64,000 nucleotides of DNA from Octopus vulgaris (Eukaryota), in contig OX597820.1 of NCBI GenBank assembly GCA_951406725.2, positions 92,008,001 through 92,072,000 of the forward strand. Reading direction: 5' to 3'. The notes beneath the pieces were generated by a model. It searched no databases. It saw nothing but the letters and a program-made list of their open reading frames with translations, and had not been told where the DNA came from. Shown one piece after another: positions 26,220-44,122 of the stretch (within the stretch, counting starts at the first letter, position 1; every line of letters begins with the position of its first letter). The translations under genes were made by a program, and so were the position numbers.

Positions 26220-26388
26220 AAAGTACCTTATGAATGAGAACCCAGGTTCGAAATTTCCCTTGATGAAGGCTGGAGGGTATATCAGCCGAAACGTAAATGT
26301 GTTAACAACAAACAAGATGGGGACAAATATCTGTCAATTGTAAATAATCTAAATAATGTACATAATTACTCATCTCTTAAATATAGAA
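26220..26388 (+). mobile_element. pLTR-like short element with a hammerhead-like core
   Basis: TTGATGA-A-GGCTG-gagggtatat-CAGCC-GAAAC-GTA (26260-26295). Same family as 54878-55197. Preceded by (TAA)n. Confidence 0.6.
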
Positions 26389-26999
26389 ATGATTTTAACT
26401 TTTTCGGGGTTTTGTTAAGAAATGTTCTCTGCGAAGTGCTGTCCATGATCCAACTCTTCGTCAAACATGCAACATAAGTACAGATAGATTTTTTCTCATG
26501 AATATCATACATTCTAAAAGGGCATTCGTTTCTCTTTCAGCTATTTTACACCCCTTTTCATTGGCGTAAACTTTTATAAATCTTGTAATATTATTTCTCA
26601 ATTCAGTAATACATTTACGTCAAGCATACGCTTCATGTCAATACAGCAGATGTCAATCAATTAGGAGCATTTTAAAGTTGATATAAAACATCGGATGTTC
26701 ACAAGACAGTCAATGATACGTGAAGATAACGGAAACAAAGCTTAATAAGGCAATTCGAATATTATTATTTAAAACTTCAAGAATAACATTCATCGTTCCT
26801 CTTATACGCACAAGGTAAGAAATTTTGAGTGTGGGTATGGATTATTTCGATGCAATTTATTTGAATGGTATTTTATTTTATTGTGTATGGGGTTAGAGCG
26901 GAAAAGGCGACCTTGATGAAATTCAAAATCAGAGTCTAAAAAACTGATAGAAATGCCGTAAGGCATTTTATGCATAACTCCAAAGATACTAACGACAGA

Positions 27000-27019
27000 C
27001 AACAATAATAATGATAATA

Positions 27020-27107
<88 letters not shown>

Positions 27108-27256
27108 TAATAATGCTGAAGATAATAATAATAATAATAATAACAACAACAACAAAAACAACAATAATAATAATAATAAAAACAACAACAACAACAATAA
27201 TAATAATAATAATAACAATAATAACAATAATAATAATAATAATAATAGTAATAATG

Positions 27257-27287
<31 letters not shown>

Positions 27288-27290
27288 TGC

Positions 27291-27327
<37 letters not shown>

Positions 27328-27337
27328 AATAATAATG

Positions 27338-27387
<50 letters not shown>
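27000..27387 (+). repeat. Compound (TAA)n/(CAA)n/(GAT)n microsatellite, the 5' flank of the Dong element
   Basis: Direct reading. Confidence 0.95.
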
Positions 27388-30497
<3,110 letters not shown>

Positions 30498-31037
30498 ATG
30501 CCCTGATGCAGTACCAGGCAGTGGCTCTCATGGCTTCTGATCTTAACTGATTGGAAGTGTTATCATCTACATTGTTTTGTCTTGGTAGAAAAGCTGGGCT
30601 ACAGCAAATATTCTGCTCAATACCATAGATTTGCTTGTCAGTTGTTTGAACTTAACCAGTTGAGCATACTTCTTAATGGCTGACGATATGCGCATCTCTG
30701 ATCACGAGCAGAATTAGCCATGTGTTGAAAGGAATTCTTTGGGGTTTGAAAAATTCACCTATGGAAACATGGGTGTTTCGTTGAACATCCTTAAACAATC
30801 CTTATTCAGGGACTTTTTGAGTGGGATAGGTTACTCGACCAGAAGAAAATTCGAACTGGGTTCCACCTACAAGGTCATGAGCTGTTTATCTTGATATGAG
30901 ATCACCATGTGGTGCACATATGTTTGTGATGAATGTGCCTAGTGTACGCTTATCGGACTGGTAGTCATGATGGGTATACTGGGCGTTGTATATTTTACCC
31001 TAGTGTCACTTTCATGACATGCACTGCTCTCTCACTC
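30498..31037 (+). mobile_element. ~540-bp non-coding interspersed element inserted in (TAA)n
   Basis: End-to-end reverse-complement similarity to 60813-61370. Both copies are flanked by AAT repeats in the same relative orientation. Confidence 0.8.
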
Positions 31038-31137
<100 letters not shown>

Positions 31138-31169
31138 GTAATAATAATAATAATAATAATAATACTTAA

Positions 31170-32105
31170 TGCATCTATAAATACATGAGAATATTTGAGG
31201 CAGATGGAATCAAACAGCATAACATGAAGAAATAGACGAAAAGTGAGTACATGCAGCGAGTGAGAAAAATATTGGCTTCAAAACTGAATGCCAGAATCAT
31301 AATTCCGGCAATAAACTCACACGCAGTCGCAGTAGTTCGGTAAGGTGAAGTGACAGAAGAGGAGTCAAAAAAGATGAACAGGACGTCAAAAAAACCCTAA
31401 TGATACATGAAGCCCATCATCCACGTGCTGACTCTGATCGCTTATACATGAACAGAGTAAATGGAGAAAAGTGTGGAAGATTGTGTGCGTATCGAACTCG
31501 AGATGTTAATGAGATACTTAACCCAAAGTAAGGAGACCTTGCTAGTGACAGTTATGAACGAGGGAGTATTGAAAGCAGAGAAAAAAGGGGAAGCAAAGCA
31601 AGAGGTACAAAAAGGACATGCAGAAGAATTACGCAAGAAATGACTACACTATCAATTCCATGTAGCCACAACAGAAGTTGCTGGAAAAATTAGGTGGGAT
31701 TGGCTGATGGAAGGAACATTAAAAAAGGAGACCAAAAGCACTATACTGGCAGCGCAAGACCAGGATTTCGCCACGAAGTGGGGGGGTCAACCTGAGGAAT
31801 GAGCAAGTGTCTCCGCTGTGCCGCATCTGCAATAGAGTGGATGAAAACACTACAGGTTGTGGTGACACAAACAAGTAGCGGAAGTGCTACATTGGAAACT
31901 GCGAAAAGCGGAGGTTAAAAAGAGGCAAGACGTGGTACGAGCACAAACTGAAGAGAATAGCGGAATCGAAGATTAGCAAGATCGGCCAGAATAATCAGGA
32001 AAGTATTGGATTGCTAAAAAGAATGGTACTTTAGGCTGCAGGCAGCAAGTCTGCTACGCATGTAAGACTCCAGGAGCTCCAACAAGATCTGCTATAAAGA
32101 GAAAT

Positions 32106-32108
<3 letters not shown>
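31170..32108 (+). pseudogene. Degenerate 3' half of a second R4/Dong-type element
   Basis: YKYMRIFEADGIK...EYMQRVRKILASKLNA...AINSHAVAVVR, HHPRADSDRLYM and TILAAQDQ. Flanked by (TAA)n. Confidence 0.8.
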
Positions 32109-32164
<56 letters not shown>

Positions 32165-32165
<1 letters not shown>

Positions 32166-32670
32166 CATTTCTATTAAAGGCAAAATACCTGAATTTTGAG
32201 GGGAGGGCGCTAGTCGATTACAACTACCCCAATACTCAACTGGTACTTAATTTATCGACTCCGAAATGCTACTAAGTATTTTGCCATCTGTGCTAATGAT
32301 TCCCCCAGCTCACCGACTTAATTTATCGACCCCGAAATGCTACTAAGCATTTTACCCTCTGTGCTAATGATTCCCCCAGCTCACCGACTTAATTGATTTC
32401 AAATTTAGGCACGAGGCCAGCAAGTGCTTGTGAGTGGGTAAGTCGATTACATCAATCTCAGTGCTCAACTGGAACTTATTTCATCGAAACCAAAATGATT
32501 CTGCTAGTTCGCCTCCTTTGATTGTAAGAATCATTTCTAATTTAAACGATTTTGAAATGCAGAGTTGAGCTGTCGCCATTTTCCCCACAACGAGGCCGGC
32601 TCAATATTTTAACAACCAAGGAAAGAAAAATAAAGAAAAATTGACCTCAACGAGATTTGAACTCACTACC
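32165..32670 (-). mobile_element. Degraded SINE family B fragments with a ~71-bp tandem duplication
   Basis: ttaatttatcgac...ccagctcaccgac occurs twice (~32247-32390). Confidence 0.6.
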
Positions 32671-32705
32671 TAAAGCGTAGTAGTAGTAGCAGTAGTAGCA
32701 GCAGC

Positions 32706-32763
<58 letters not shown>

Positions 32764-33977
32764 AAAAATTGGCACATTGTCAGTACATAATAATTTCAGG
32801 TTTGAGGTGCTTTATTACTTAATATCAGTGCTAGCAACTAATTGTTGCTAGGTAACACGTATTAAATAAAACGCTGGATTACCACCCCGTGAATTGATTC
32901 TGGGTTCTTGACAGATTCCAAGTGACAGAAATGTATAAACAGATATTAAAATAAAAGTGCTCGTATTGAAATAGCAGACACACTGTCTTACTTTTCTGCA
33001 TACTTACACACACACACACACACACACACAGACGCACGTATATAAGTATGTATTGTATACATGTAAATATATATAAATACGTATGTTCATATATATGTGT
33101 GCGTCTGTGTGTATTTATGTATAAATTACCTAAGAGCACTGCGTGCGTGTGTGTGCGTGCGTGCGTATGTGTGTGTGGCAAATTTGAATGACGTAAATTT
33201 TATTTCAAAATATTTAAATGTTAGCCGTCGGCAAATCATTATTAATGAATCTGGTTGGAAAATGTTGAATACGTTGTCGGTTATAATTTTTCTTTTTGAC
33301 ATAGCATAATACTGTCTCCGTTGTATACGCCTAGCACACTAGTACTATATTAACGACACATCTGCGTTAATGTTGATCTCCGTAGACATGTCTAATTAAT
33401 TGCAGGGCGTTCGTATATATTCTCTTTACAATGTGTTAAATGATTTCAAATTGATTGAAACTCAGGTTATCTTTATCCGTTGACGTTCAAATCTCAATGT
33501 AATTAATTACAAGTGATCAATACAGGTTTTCAAGGGCTTCTTTTCTCTATGGTGACAGACACAAAGTCTTTTGGGGTGGAATTTGTTACACGAAAATAGA
33601 ATATGTTCATCAGGTTGCATTTTACCCACTTTTTATCATTCTCTATCTGAACTCATTATTTAAATGCTAAATGAGTGTTCCAATGAGTAACGAAGCGAGG
33701 ATTGATGACTACTTCAGTGTGCATATTCATCTCTATAACAAAGTAAGAGGTATTTAAAACTCGTGACCCGATAGTTCAATACACCATATGACAACAGGTA
33801 ACGCTGCTAAATTTTCGATCGGCATGACTTAGATTTCCTCATAGTAGCATACATAATTCATTTAAACCATGGCTTCAAATTCATCCGTGCATAATGAGTA
33901 AAATAATTTTAGCTGAAAACTGTGCGGAAACTTGACTTATATAACAACATCGTCTCGTCCACGGGGAAGTCTTGCAA

Positions 33978-34244
33978 GGCGGCGAGCTGGCAGAATGGTT
34001 AGCACGCCGGGCGAAATGCTTAGCAGTATTTCGTCTGCAGCTACGGTCTGAGTTCAAATTCCGCCGAGGTCGACTTTGCCTTTCATCCTTTCGGGGTCAA
34101 TTAAATAAGTACCAGTTACGCACTAGGGTCGATATAATCGACTTAATTTGTTTGTCTGTCCTTGTTTGCCCCCTCTCTGTTTAGTCTCTTGTTGGTAGTA
34201 AAGAAATAGGTATATCGTCTGCCGCTACGTTCTGAGTTCAAATT
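33978..34244 (+). mobile_element. SINE family B monomer plus start of a second unit
   Basis: Junction aaagaaata|ggtatatcgtctgccgc at ~34208. Confidence 0.88.
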
Positions 34245-34273
34245 AATGAGCGTCAATAAAGTGAATACGATTG

Positions 34274-34370
<97 letters not shown>

Positions 34371-35688
34371 GTATATGTGTGTGTGTAAGTATGTATGTAT
34401 GTATATGGGGGGATTAGACAATAAACAAATCTACAGTATTTGCAATGTCATTTTTTCCAACAAGTGGAAGTGATGTTACACGATGGTTCATCGGAAGAAA
34501 ATTTGGCGTGATTCTCTTTTATACGACATTTTGTGTTTCATAAATGAAGTTTAGAACTTCTTCGTTACAAATTAAAATAAAGATTGCCAAGAGACTCAGA
34601 AATTCAAAGCTGACCAGCCTTACTGGAACACTGCTCTATTCATAGGTTGACTGATATCCGTTGAACCTTCTTTGACTTCGTTCGTGTTTGTATCTAAGTA
34701 TTGCTTTACCTTCTAATGAGCTATCCGTCCACTCCAGGGAATTATGGTACCTAGCGTGAACCCATTTGCGCTGACCTATGTAGACGCTTAATATCATTTC
34801 ACAGCAAGGCAGTCGTACCGATGAATTCCTCCGTGCAAATTTAATCGAAGAACTGAAGGTACATTCTTCGTTATCAATGTATCCACATTTCAGCTTTGTT
34901 ATGTTATATACCTAACAGTAATTCAACAATGGTGCGCTTCTAATAGAATACTCGATCTGTTGAAATTAAGCGCACGGTCTTCTTGAAACGAAGCCATGGC
35001 ATCTTACAAAAAGAAGATCTTATTGAATAATGAAAACAGTAAATTAAATCTAATTAAAAATTCGCAAAACTTCATCCTTCCTTTTTGAATTACAAGATTA
35101 TGTAAGAGAGATTTGGTTGCTATTTCTAGCCCAGTTGTGCGACCATGTTGAGGCTCAGTCAATGGCACAGATGGCTGCATCTTGAATTGCCTTGGCAATA
35201 CGGCTGACGTCAAGCTGAAGGACATCAACCACACTACTTAGTGGATTCAACAATAGAACATCTATGCGGTCACTGAACTGCTAGAAATATCAGCCTGATC
35301 ACCGCAGCTTGATCATGATAAAAGAGCAAAAAACATAAAGACGTCTCACAAACTATGTCCGACTCCACTTCTCTCCTCCTTTTATGATCCATATATCTTT
35401 TTCATGCCTCCTGGGCTAACATCAATCACTAGTCCTTCCTCTCTGGAGAGTCGGTCATCTAGAATTCCTTCCATGCACGTGTTTTCTTTCAGCTTAAGCT
35501 GAACGTTAACGGATAAAAACCATCGGTCTCAGATCGATATGAAGGATATGAACAGCAGGTGTCGCCTAGATTCAATAAAAAGTGAACCACTCCCACTACC
35601 GTTTTCCAGATTTACCAAACCATAATCATTAATTATCACTTGAGCCAGCAAACTCAATTAATGCATTCAGCAGCAACAGTAGCAACAA

Positions 35689-35738
<50 letters not shown>

Positions 35739-38700
35739 AGAAATAGTTGTTGCTATAATTGTTCTTGTAATTTTTCTTTCATTCTTCTTACCCTACAATT
35801 ATGATCTGTGGTCATAGCTTTGCTAAATCCTTCCATGTTATTTTCAGACATAGTTTTCTTAAAACTACACTATCCAATGAGTTCATTCGTTTTTCTTCCA
35901 CAACAGATTATGATTTGAAAGTGTTTGGAATATTGTTTCCCTAAGGTCGAAATGCCTAATGTGTTGAGCCCATTCGTCAAGAAGGTTCCTTTATCAGAAA
36001 TTAAACAAAGATAAGTGTTTCAGCTGAAATTTGAACGTAATGAAGCAACGTAATGAAGCAACTGGTCGAGGTTATAAATAACCAGAATGTTCGTTGGGTA
36101 GTTAAAAGTCAAAGGTTAGATATGTGAAACAGGAGAAATTGGGAGACTGGAAAAAAGTATACAAACACAAAGATACTCTTAAAGGGAAAGGACAGATAAA
36201 TACGTAAGCAGGTTGTGTCAAGTTCATTGTCATGAATGGTTATTATACATAACACTAATTATATATTCAATTTCCACACACAGGCACTTTGTCTAATGCA
36301 AGTATAACGATTATTTTTTGTTTTGTGGCTTACTAAACAGATAAGGTGCTCAGCTGTGATAGGCTTCGTCTATAGAATGAAATAACATATATTATTACTG
36401 CTGTTGTTTAGTCTAGCTTGTACAACCTTGATTCAGCATTCTCATAATTAATAGCCTTTTATTTTATTTACTATCTGGACAATGTTTCAATTGTATCCTT
36501 CTTTTTAAAGTGCGAGACAACGAAAGAGAGATTTGGATCCTGTTTTGCGCAGTTGTGCGACCACATTGAGACTCAGTCAATGGTGCGTTACTGTTAAGAA
36601 ATTGTCTTTAGGTGAGCAGTGTTGAAAATATACACGTCTTAAACGTCTTTATTTTTCCTTTATAATAGAAGTCGCATTTTATATCTTTTTAAATTTCTTT
36701 AATGCTTATTTCAATTATTTTTATAAGTGTATGGCGTCGGGAGTTACGTATTTTTTCTCCTAGATTTTAACTGTAAATGTCTCGTGGTATTTGTTCCAAT
36801 TCGCCACGAGATCGATAAATGTATCAATCCAATACGATATACTGACGAAACTGTAACGCCGAATCAGATGTTTGCTATTTTTTTCTAAATCTCTGCAACG
36901 TAGCCTACTTGAGTGGAAAACTTTATCTTCCACTCGGTTTATCACTATCATCTGATATTTTAGATGCTTTTAGTAGAGTTCTCTTAGCTACAGTCATTCG
37001 GATTTCTGGTTTGAGAATACTTTCTTTCCGCATTCCACGCCATAAGACTGTGTGAACCTGTAAAAAATTTATGGATATTGCTTTCTCTTCTGACTGGAAT
37101 ATAAAAATATTAAACAAATTCAGCTTCAAAAAGGTTAAGAATGAATCTGAAGTTACAACTAGCAAAATTATTAGAATCGAGGAATATATCTTTCAGTCAT
37201 TGGACTGCGGCCTTGGAAGGTTTAGCAGAGAAAATGGACCCTACAACTTTTCTTTTGTATACTTTAATATTCCAGAAACTTTCCTTTGCTCTACTTAATA
37301 AAACAGTCAATTAAATCTAATTATAAATTCGCTAAACAAAATTAGACTTCAGTTACGTGAAAAGAAGCAGAGAAAGTCTGAAAATAATCAGATGAAACTC
37401 TAATCGAAAAGCATTACATAAATTACAAGTGACCTTACTTGATGTCTGGAATATATATATTTTATATCTATGTTGACAAAGAGTAATCGGTTGGTTTCCA
37501 TTACTTTGTCCTTTTCAAATATATTTCTTTCCATTATTCAGATAAGATATTTACATTTATCTTAAAGCATCAAAATGATGTCTGCGGTGACCCTGAGAGA
37601 ATCATGTTGTTGTCCAGTTAAACATAATGATGAATAATTTTATTTTCATAGTTGACATCTTCAATATTTTACACATACTTTTAACCTGTAGATGAAGCAA
37701 AGGAGGGTGAGAAAACACGAACATCTCTTGATTAAATTATGTAAGTTTGATGCCATTATTAAGATGTGATAAACATTAGAATTCTGGCCACAAAAACACA
37801 TATACAAGCACGCGCGCGCACAAACACACAGACACAGACACACACACACATATCAGAAAATGATATTACATGATAGGCTAAAATTTTGTATATTCAGAAG
37901 TGAAAACCTTCCATTTCGTCCAGTAATTTGATAGACTCTGCCGGCTTAGTGACCCCGGTTACAATGTAATGAGAGAATAGATTTACAGGAATAATTAAGT
38001 AAAGTAGGATTAGTTGGCCAGTTTAAAGGTAACTGCTGGAAATCTATTTTATGAATCCTCTACAAGACCGGCACATTGACTAGAATAACAATATTTTGAA
38101 GTTATATTCCTACTTGCGGCTCCTCACAGAGAAAAACGTAAATAAAACCACTAAAATGAAAGATAGAACATAACTCAATTTACTTACTTCCTATGTATTA
38201 CGCTTTCTTTAAAATAGAATTAGCAATAGCAGTTTTCTCGGTATTTTATATCCGTTCTGTTTAATATAGAGCTATAGGATCAAGGTGGTTACAAATAGTC
38301 TCGAGTCGTCACGCTTTTCAACTGTTACGTTAAACAAGAGAAGGAAAAAATGAAAAGTAATGACTTCAAATTTTTATTCCAAATGTAATTGTCCAGTAGA
38401 CATCCTGTTTTTGTCAGGAAAGTTGGAATAGTAAACAGAGTGTGGTCGTCATCAACATCATATATTTGTACTGTAAACAGATTTCTTCTCCTAGATAACA
38501 TACCAAAATTAAATTGTCGTGAACATACATGATCGAGAACATAGTTAAATTACATTCCTCGTACCAGATGAATCACTTACTAACATAAACACCATTTGTA
38601 TCCACAGAATTTTCTGTGCGTAAAACATAAATTTAGAGATAATTACTTCATCAATCTCCAGCCGGCATATGTATAATGAATAGATTCTAAATAATATATT

Positions 38701-39825
38701 TCACAAATAAGCAAAACACAATACTGTAACTCAATTTTGAGCTGCACAAATTACATAAATTGCCAATGAATCTACTGCTACATAATTATGTATAGTTTAC
38801 TTGGAAATTATTAGATATTTCACCAAAAAAACATTGAAAGAGAGTGGAACACTGAAACACAGCAGAATTATTAGTGGTAAATCATGTTATAAATATTCAA
38901 CATTTTACTATACTATAACAGTAACATACCAACAGAAATATTTAGTTTATTGTTAGTTGATAGGAAGTATAATATTGTAAATCGGAATCATTAGCAAGAA
39001 GATTACTGGGCTCAAAAATGTCTACCTTAGATATGATAATATTAGCAATATTGTATTAGTGTTTGAATAAATCTGAATTTAAGTTTATTCTCGTTTGTTG
39101 AATCTCATTCGTCTTGATATATTTGGGAACTCAAAATGTTAAAATAATTACTAATGGTTAATTAGAAGATATTCACTTTGGTAACTTTGATAGGTTTCGG
39201 TCAGTATAGGCCCAGGACATGTCTAAATTAATATCACCACCACCTGGTAACTTACGTAGTAATGAATGTGGAATGCGTGGTACATATATGTTTATAGATG
39301 ATATAATGCAATTCGAAAATCACTGTTCATTCTTTTTCTTCTTGAGCAAGTGAAGTTTCCATTCTCGAGAAATCATTGGAATATTTTTGATGGAAGGATA
39401 TTACCGTTAGATTTACAAGTACATATAGAAATGCATCCCCGCCACACAGAGATACACAAATACACACAAACGCATTCAAACGCTCGCATATAAATATATC
39501 ATTACCTTATGCATGGTATAAAGACGATAAATTGCACTGGAAAGAAATCAATGAATGTAGATCTCAATAGAAAGAGTATCTGAATGAAGAAGATACGACA
39601 ATCGTGCAAAATTTGAAGCCAATTGCTTTAGTCATATGGTTTATAAGTTTTGTATGCACGTTGTTGGCTTCATATGTATGTATGTGTGTATCTTGTTCTG
39701 CGTATTTGCTTGAGAGTATATATATATATATATATATATATATTGACGGACTGGGTTTAAAATGCTATCATTTATTTATTTATTATTCCTTTTTTTTACA
39801 ACCTGGCTAAAATATTGCATACTTC

Positions 39826-39963
39826 CAGTAGTGGATAAAAAATTCTCAATCTTCAGGGGATGGGCACTTAGATACTAACATGGGACCCCATATATATGGA
39901 TTCTAATGGCACAGGGGCCCACTTGCCAATGAACAAACTTCAAACCTGACTAGTCCGCCACTG
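39826..39963. mobile_element. Possible short hAT-like MITE
   Basis: Termini CAGTAGTGGAT...GTCCGCCACTG form an imperfect TIR. No TSD seen. Confidence 0.3.
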
Positions 39964-39996
39964 TATATATACATATACATATATATATACACACAT

Positions 39997-40860
39997 ATTA
40001 TTGATTACTACTTTTGAAATTGGGTAAAACTTGTATTAGGAGAAAGATAGGAAAGGTATAGAGAATATGGAATTGGAGGTGTGATGTTTAAATTTAAGTA
40101 AATGAAGTGTTCTTCCAATGCATATTAATAGAGGGGGTATCTTTGAAAATGTAAATATAAAGCTATAGCTATGATATCGTAATAAAATATATTAATATAC
40201 TAAGTGGACGCTGTTAATAAATAGACTAATTTCTGAACAATGTATTAACTAAAAGTAACAGCAAAGGTTATGGGTTAAAGTATGCAACTATGGAGTTGAG
40301 AGAGGTAACTGTGTTATTATTGGAAATTTATATATATTTGGAAACTACATATTTTCCCACGTGTAACCGAGAAATAATCTTTTCGTCTCTAAGGTTAAGG
40401 TAGAGAGTATTTAGCTGTAAGAAAACAAAGTCTCACTTGAACAAAGAAAACATTTTTATTATTAGATTTATAATAAGGTGCGGAAGCTATTATATCCAAT
40501 TAAATATTAAAATTGATATTATTATCCTCAAGCTCCCAGATAAATTTACTTAGTCCTGTTGAGTTAGGATTATGTTTATTTTAAAAAGTGTATAGGAGGG
40601 TAGAAATACTTATTTTGATTTCATTTTCAGTAGCTCCAATGTAATACTATTTATTTTCTAGAGTTTAAAATGTACATGGATATATTATGCGTTTTATTTT
40701 GCATACGTTTTTAAGTAAGCAATTATCCTTAATACTACAATCACAGTTATTTTAAATCTAATTATTTATATGTGTATTTGATAAAGGAGTGTTATTCATT
40801 ATTATAGTGTTATTTCTTAGAGTTCTGTTGTTAGGTAAACTTTATTTGCCAACATAATGT
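39997..40860 (-). pseudogene. Degenerate Penelope-like element 3' end encoding a GIY-YIG endonuclease
   Basis: Minus translation NCDCSIKDNCLLKNVCKIKRIIYPC...YYIGATENEIK...NSTGLSKFIWEL...WDIIASAPYY...CFLCSSE, with stops and frameshifts. Confidence 0.8.
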
Positions 40861-41132
40861 GGCAGTCCAGGTTACGACGATTGTTACTGTTATTTAGGCC
40901 CGGAAACATCGTCTCCAGCTGGCTAGAGCACAAAGAAGCGAAGCTGTTTATATATTCAACAAAGGTAGCATTTACTCTATGAAGTAGTTCGTAATTTGCA
41001 TACCAAAAGTGTTTAACACTCTATAGATACCAGCGGCATGTCAGCGGGCATCTTAGTTCACACAGCATCAAGGTATGATATGAAAATATGTAACATATAG
41101 TATAATTATAAACAGGGTAAGTTATTATATAG

Positions 41133-41164
<32 letters not shown>

Positions 41165-41192
41165 ACATATATATATAAATATATATATATAC

Positions 41193-41225
<33 letters not shown>

Positions 41226-41226
41226 C

Positions 41227-41307
<81 letters not shown>

Positions 41308-41317
41308 TATATATTAT

Positions 41318-42929
41318 ACTAGCAGAGTTACCCGGCGTTGCCCGAGTTACATACAATTGAAGAATTAGAATTACCTATGTTTCGAATTTCATCAAAATGC
41401 AGATGAGGGTTATTTCCCTCTTTACACACCCAAACAAAATTGTAATCGTGCCACATGTATCCCATACTACTGATTTTTATGCGCATATTCCAAAATTCCA
41501 GTCTTATAGAACCTGTTAAAAGGATGTTGCTCCTGATAAATGGAGGTCATGGAGCTCTAAAATGTGAGAGTTAATGACTCTATTGGGGGTGGGCATCTTA
41601 GTGTCAACCAGAGAAGTTGAATTGTTGAGAATCTTTTTAACTTGGGTTTTATATCTATTGTTTGAATTTCTTTGAAATAGGAAATATATGTTCACTGGGT
41701 TTGTATAAGGGAACAAAGCTACAGGAAACCAAATGAGAATGATTACAATAAGTAGTCAGATACTGTACCCTAGTCGTTACCACTCCCAATGTAGTATTCA
41801 TCACCATGCAGGTGACAGGCACAGCCGTAAGATGCATTACGAATCTATAGCAATTGGAAGGGCATGACCCAACTGAAATAAACATTAACAACTGTGTGAT
41901 ATGAGGGCTAAGGAGAAATGAAAGTTGGAATTTTCAAATTACTAATATACTGATACGTAACTGGACAGAATAAATATACAATCTATAAATGTCTTTGAAC
42001 AACCAGTCACTCATCTGGGAAGGCCTTGAAATCAATGTTACCATGTGGGGATTATGTTTGACCGAGTGATAATAAAAAGACTGAAAGGAGATCTGCAATC
42101 AGATAACTTTACTCAACACTTTGCAACTGAATCAGTGGAGGCAAAGATGCCTCTCATTTACTTGACAATTTATGCAGCACATTGCAGAAATCACAATCTA
42201 AGAATGTCAAAGCAAGCAGTTACACTGTTGTACCATTGAATTACAAATAATGTTCATCTTCTATGCTCGGATGACTCCACAGCTTCGATAAAATGAAAAA
42301 ATTGTGGGTGTTGAATCCCCATGAAGGGGTCTTACTAACTTGTAAGAAGATGAAATTTTAGAAATATTACTCCAGTTGTATCTAATATCTATGGTTAAAT
42401 TGTCATCAACCGCAAAAATATATGAATTGTCATGGGGATTGTGGCCCTTATGCATAGAATATAATTTCCAAATTTCGTAAAGATCCATTCAGTACTTTTG
42501 ATTTAGTTTTGGATCATAAAAGAAATGACTAAACTTTGGGAGTTAAGGCCCCCATTAGGGTTCTTAGAATCCTTATGTGAAGTGGAAACTTCGAGAATAC
42601 TTCTTGATGTGTGTCAATTACCCATGGTTGAAATTTCATCAACATCCAAAATTTATGAATTTTTATGGGGGGTTCTGCCCCCTTTAAGCCATCTGAAATT
42701 CAAACCAACCATATTGCATTATACCTGCCCTTATGCATTGAAGCTAAGTTTCAAATATCATGAGGATCCATTCAGTAATTTTGCTCCTTGAACTTGTATG
42801 AAACACACAGCATTACTCTTCTCCCTAGACTTCGATTTTGTGTTCCAAATTGCATTATGATCGGTGCAGCAGTTTTCGAATGTATAAGTAATACACGAAC
42901 ACATAAAGACATTGTCTTTGATATAATAA
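41318..42929 (+). mobile_element. Non-autonomous Helitron-like element in (TA)n
   Basis: Begins ACTAGCAGAGTTACCCGGCGTTGCCCG and ends ...gatcggtgcagcagttt...acataaagacattgtctttgatataata. Internal recurring gatccattcagta motifs. Terminal style recalled from metazoan non-autonomous Helitrons. Confidence 0.55.
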
Positions 42930-43094
42930 ATATGAATGTACACATATACATATATGATATATATGTGAGTGTGTGTGTGTGTGTGTGTGTGTATTATATA
43001 TATATATATATATATATATACACGTAAATAAAGATAAATTGATAGATACAACTGAGTGAGCAAACAAAAATATGAGACACTGCGTAGTGCTTTT

Positions 43095-43289
43095 TTTATG
43101 TTGACAAGCCTGGTACTTATTCTATTAGTTTCTTCTTGTGAAACCAGTAAGTTATGGGGATGTAAATAACCGAACAGCAGTTATGAAGCAGTGATGAGGG
43201 TGAAACACAGAAACAAAGCACACGCATACACTTAAATATATACATACATATATATACGATTGATTTCTTTAAGTTTATGTCTACGAAAT

Positions 43290-43361
<72 letters not shown>

Positions 43362-43689
43362 ATTATGTTCATTTTGATAAGTCTGGTCCTTATTCTATCA
43401 GTTTCTTCTTGTGAAACCAGTAATTTATGGGGATGTAAATAAACGAACAACAGTTGTGAGGCAGTGATAAGGGAGAAACACAAAGACACACACACAGACT
43501 TACATATATGCATACATATATATATACGATTGATTTCTTTCAGTTTCTGTCAACAAAATCCACTGACAAGGCTTTGGTTGGTCTGAGGCTATAGCAGTAG
43601 ACACATGCCAAGTCACCACACAGTGGGACTGAACTCGGGACCATGTGTTTTGGAACGAAGTTTGTTACCACACAGCCACACCTGCACCT
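43095..43689 (-). mobile_element. SINE family A, diverged, with a tandemly duplicated 3' part
   Basis: Head at ~43530-43689; ~43105-43275 repeated at ~43375-43545. Confidence 0.8.
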
Positions 43690-44122
43690 ATGTATGTGTG
43701 TGTGTGTGTATGTGTGTATGCGTGTATATATGTATGCATGTATATATGTGAATAAATATATGTGTACATAGTCCTGTGTTTAAAATTAAATTTAAAATAT
43801 TAAGGGTGAGAAATTGAATATTAATTTGATTAATATGAATTGAAAACCAGTGGTTTAGCATATAAAATCATAGCGGATCTTCGTCTAGCAAAATGGATGT
43901 TCACTGTTAATGGTTCATTCCTCTTCTGTAATAATTTGACTTTAAAAGTTTCAGTATTAAAGTGAAAGTATCTCTCATTACAACAGAGAGATGTTTTTGT
44001 TTCACTTTTAACACGTAATACTGAAATAGTGGAGAAGATATGATTTTGTTGTGGGCTCGCCCTAGGCAAGAAGTTAGGACTTTTTTTGCCCATGACACTA
44101 CATGTATGCATATTTATTTATA

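Noticed and set aside
30498-30522. Resemblance of CCTGATGCAGTACCAGG to U2 snRNA stem-loop IV
   Set aside because: Short gapped match with no other U2 sequence in the same orientation.
40860-40930. Hammerhead-like GAAAC-ATC-GTC next to the PLE remnant (similar eroded case at 1340-1425)
   Set aside because: Core and stems are too degraded to call without a family consensus.
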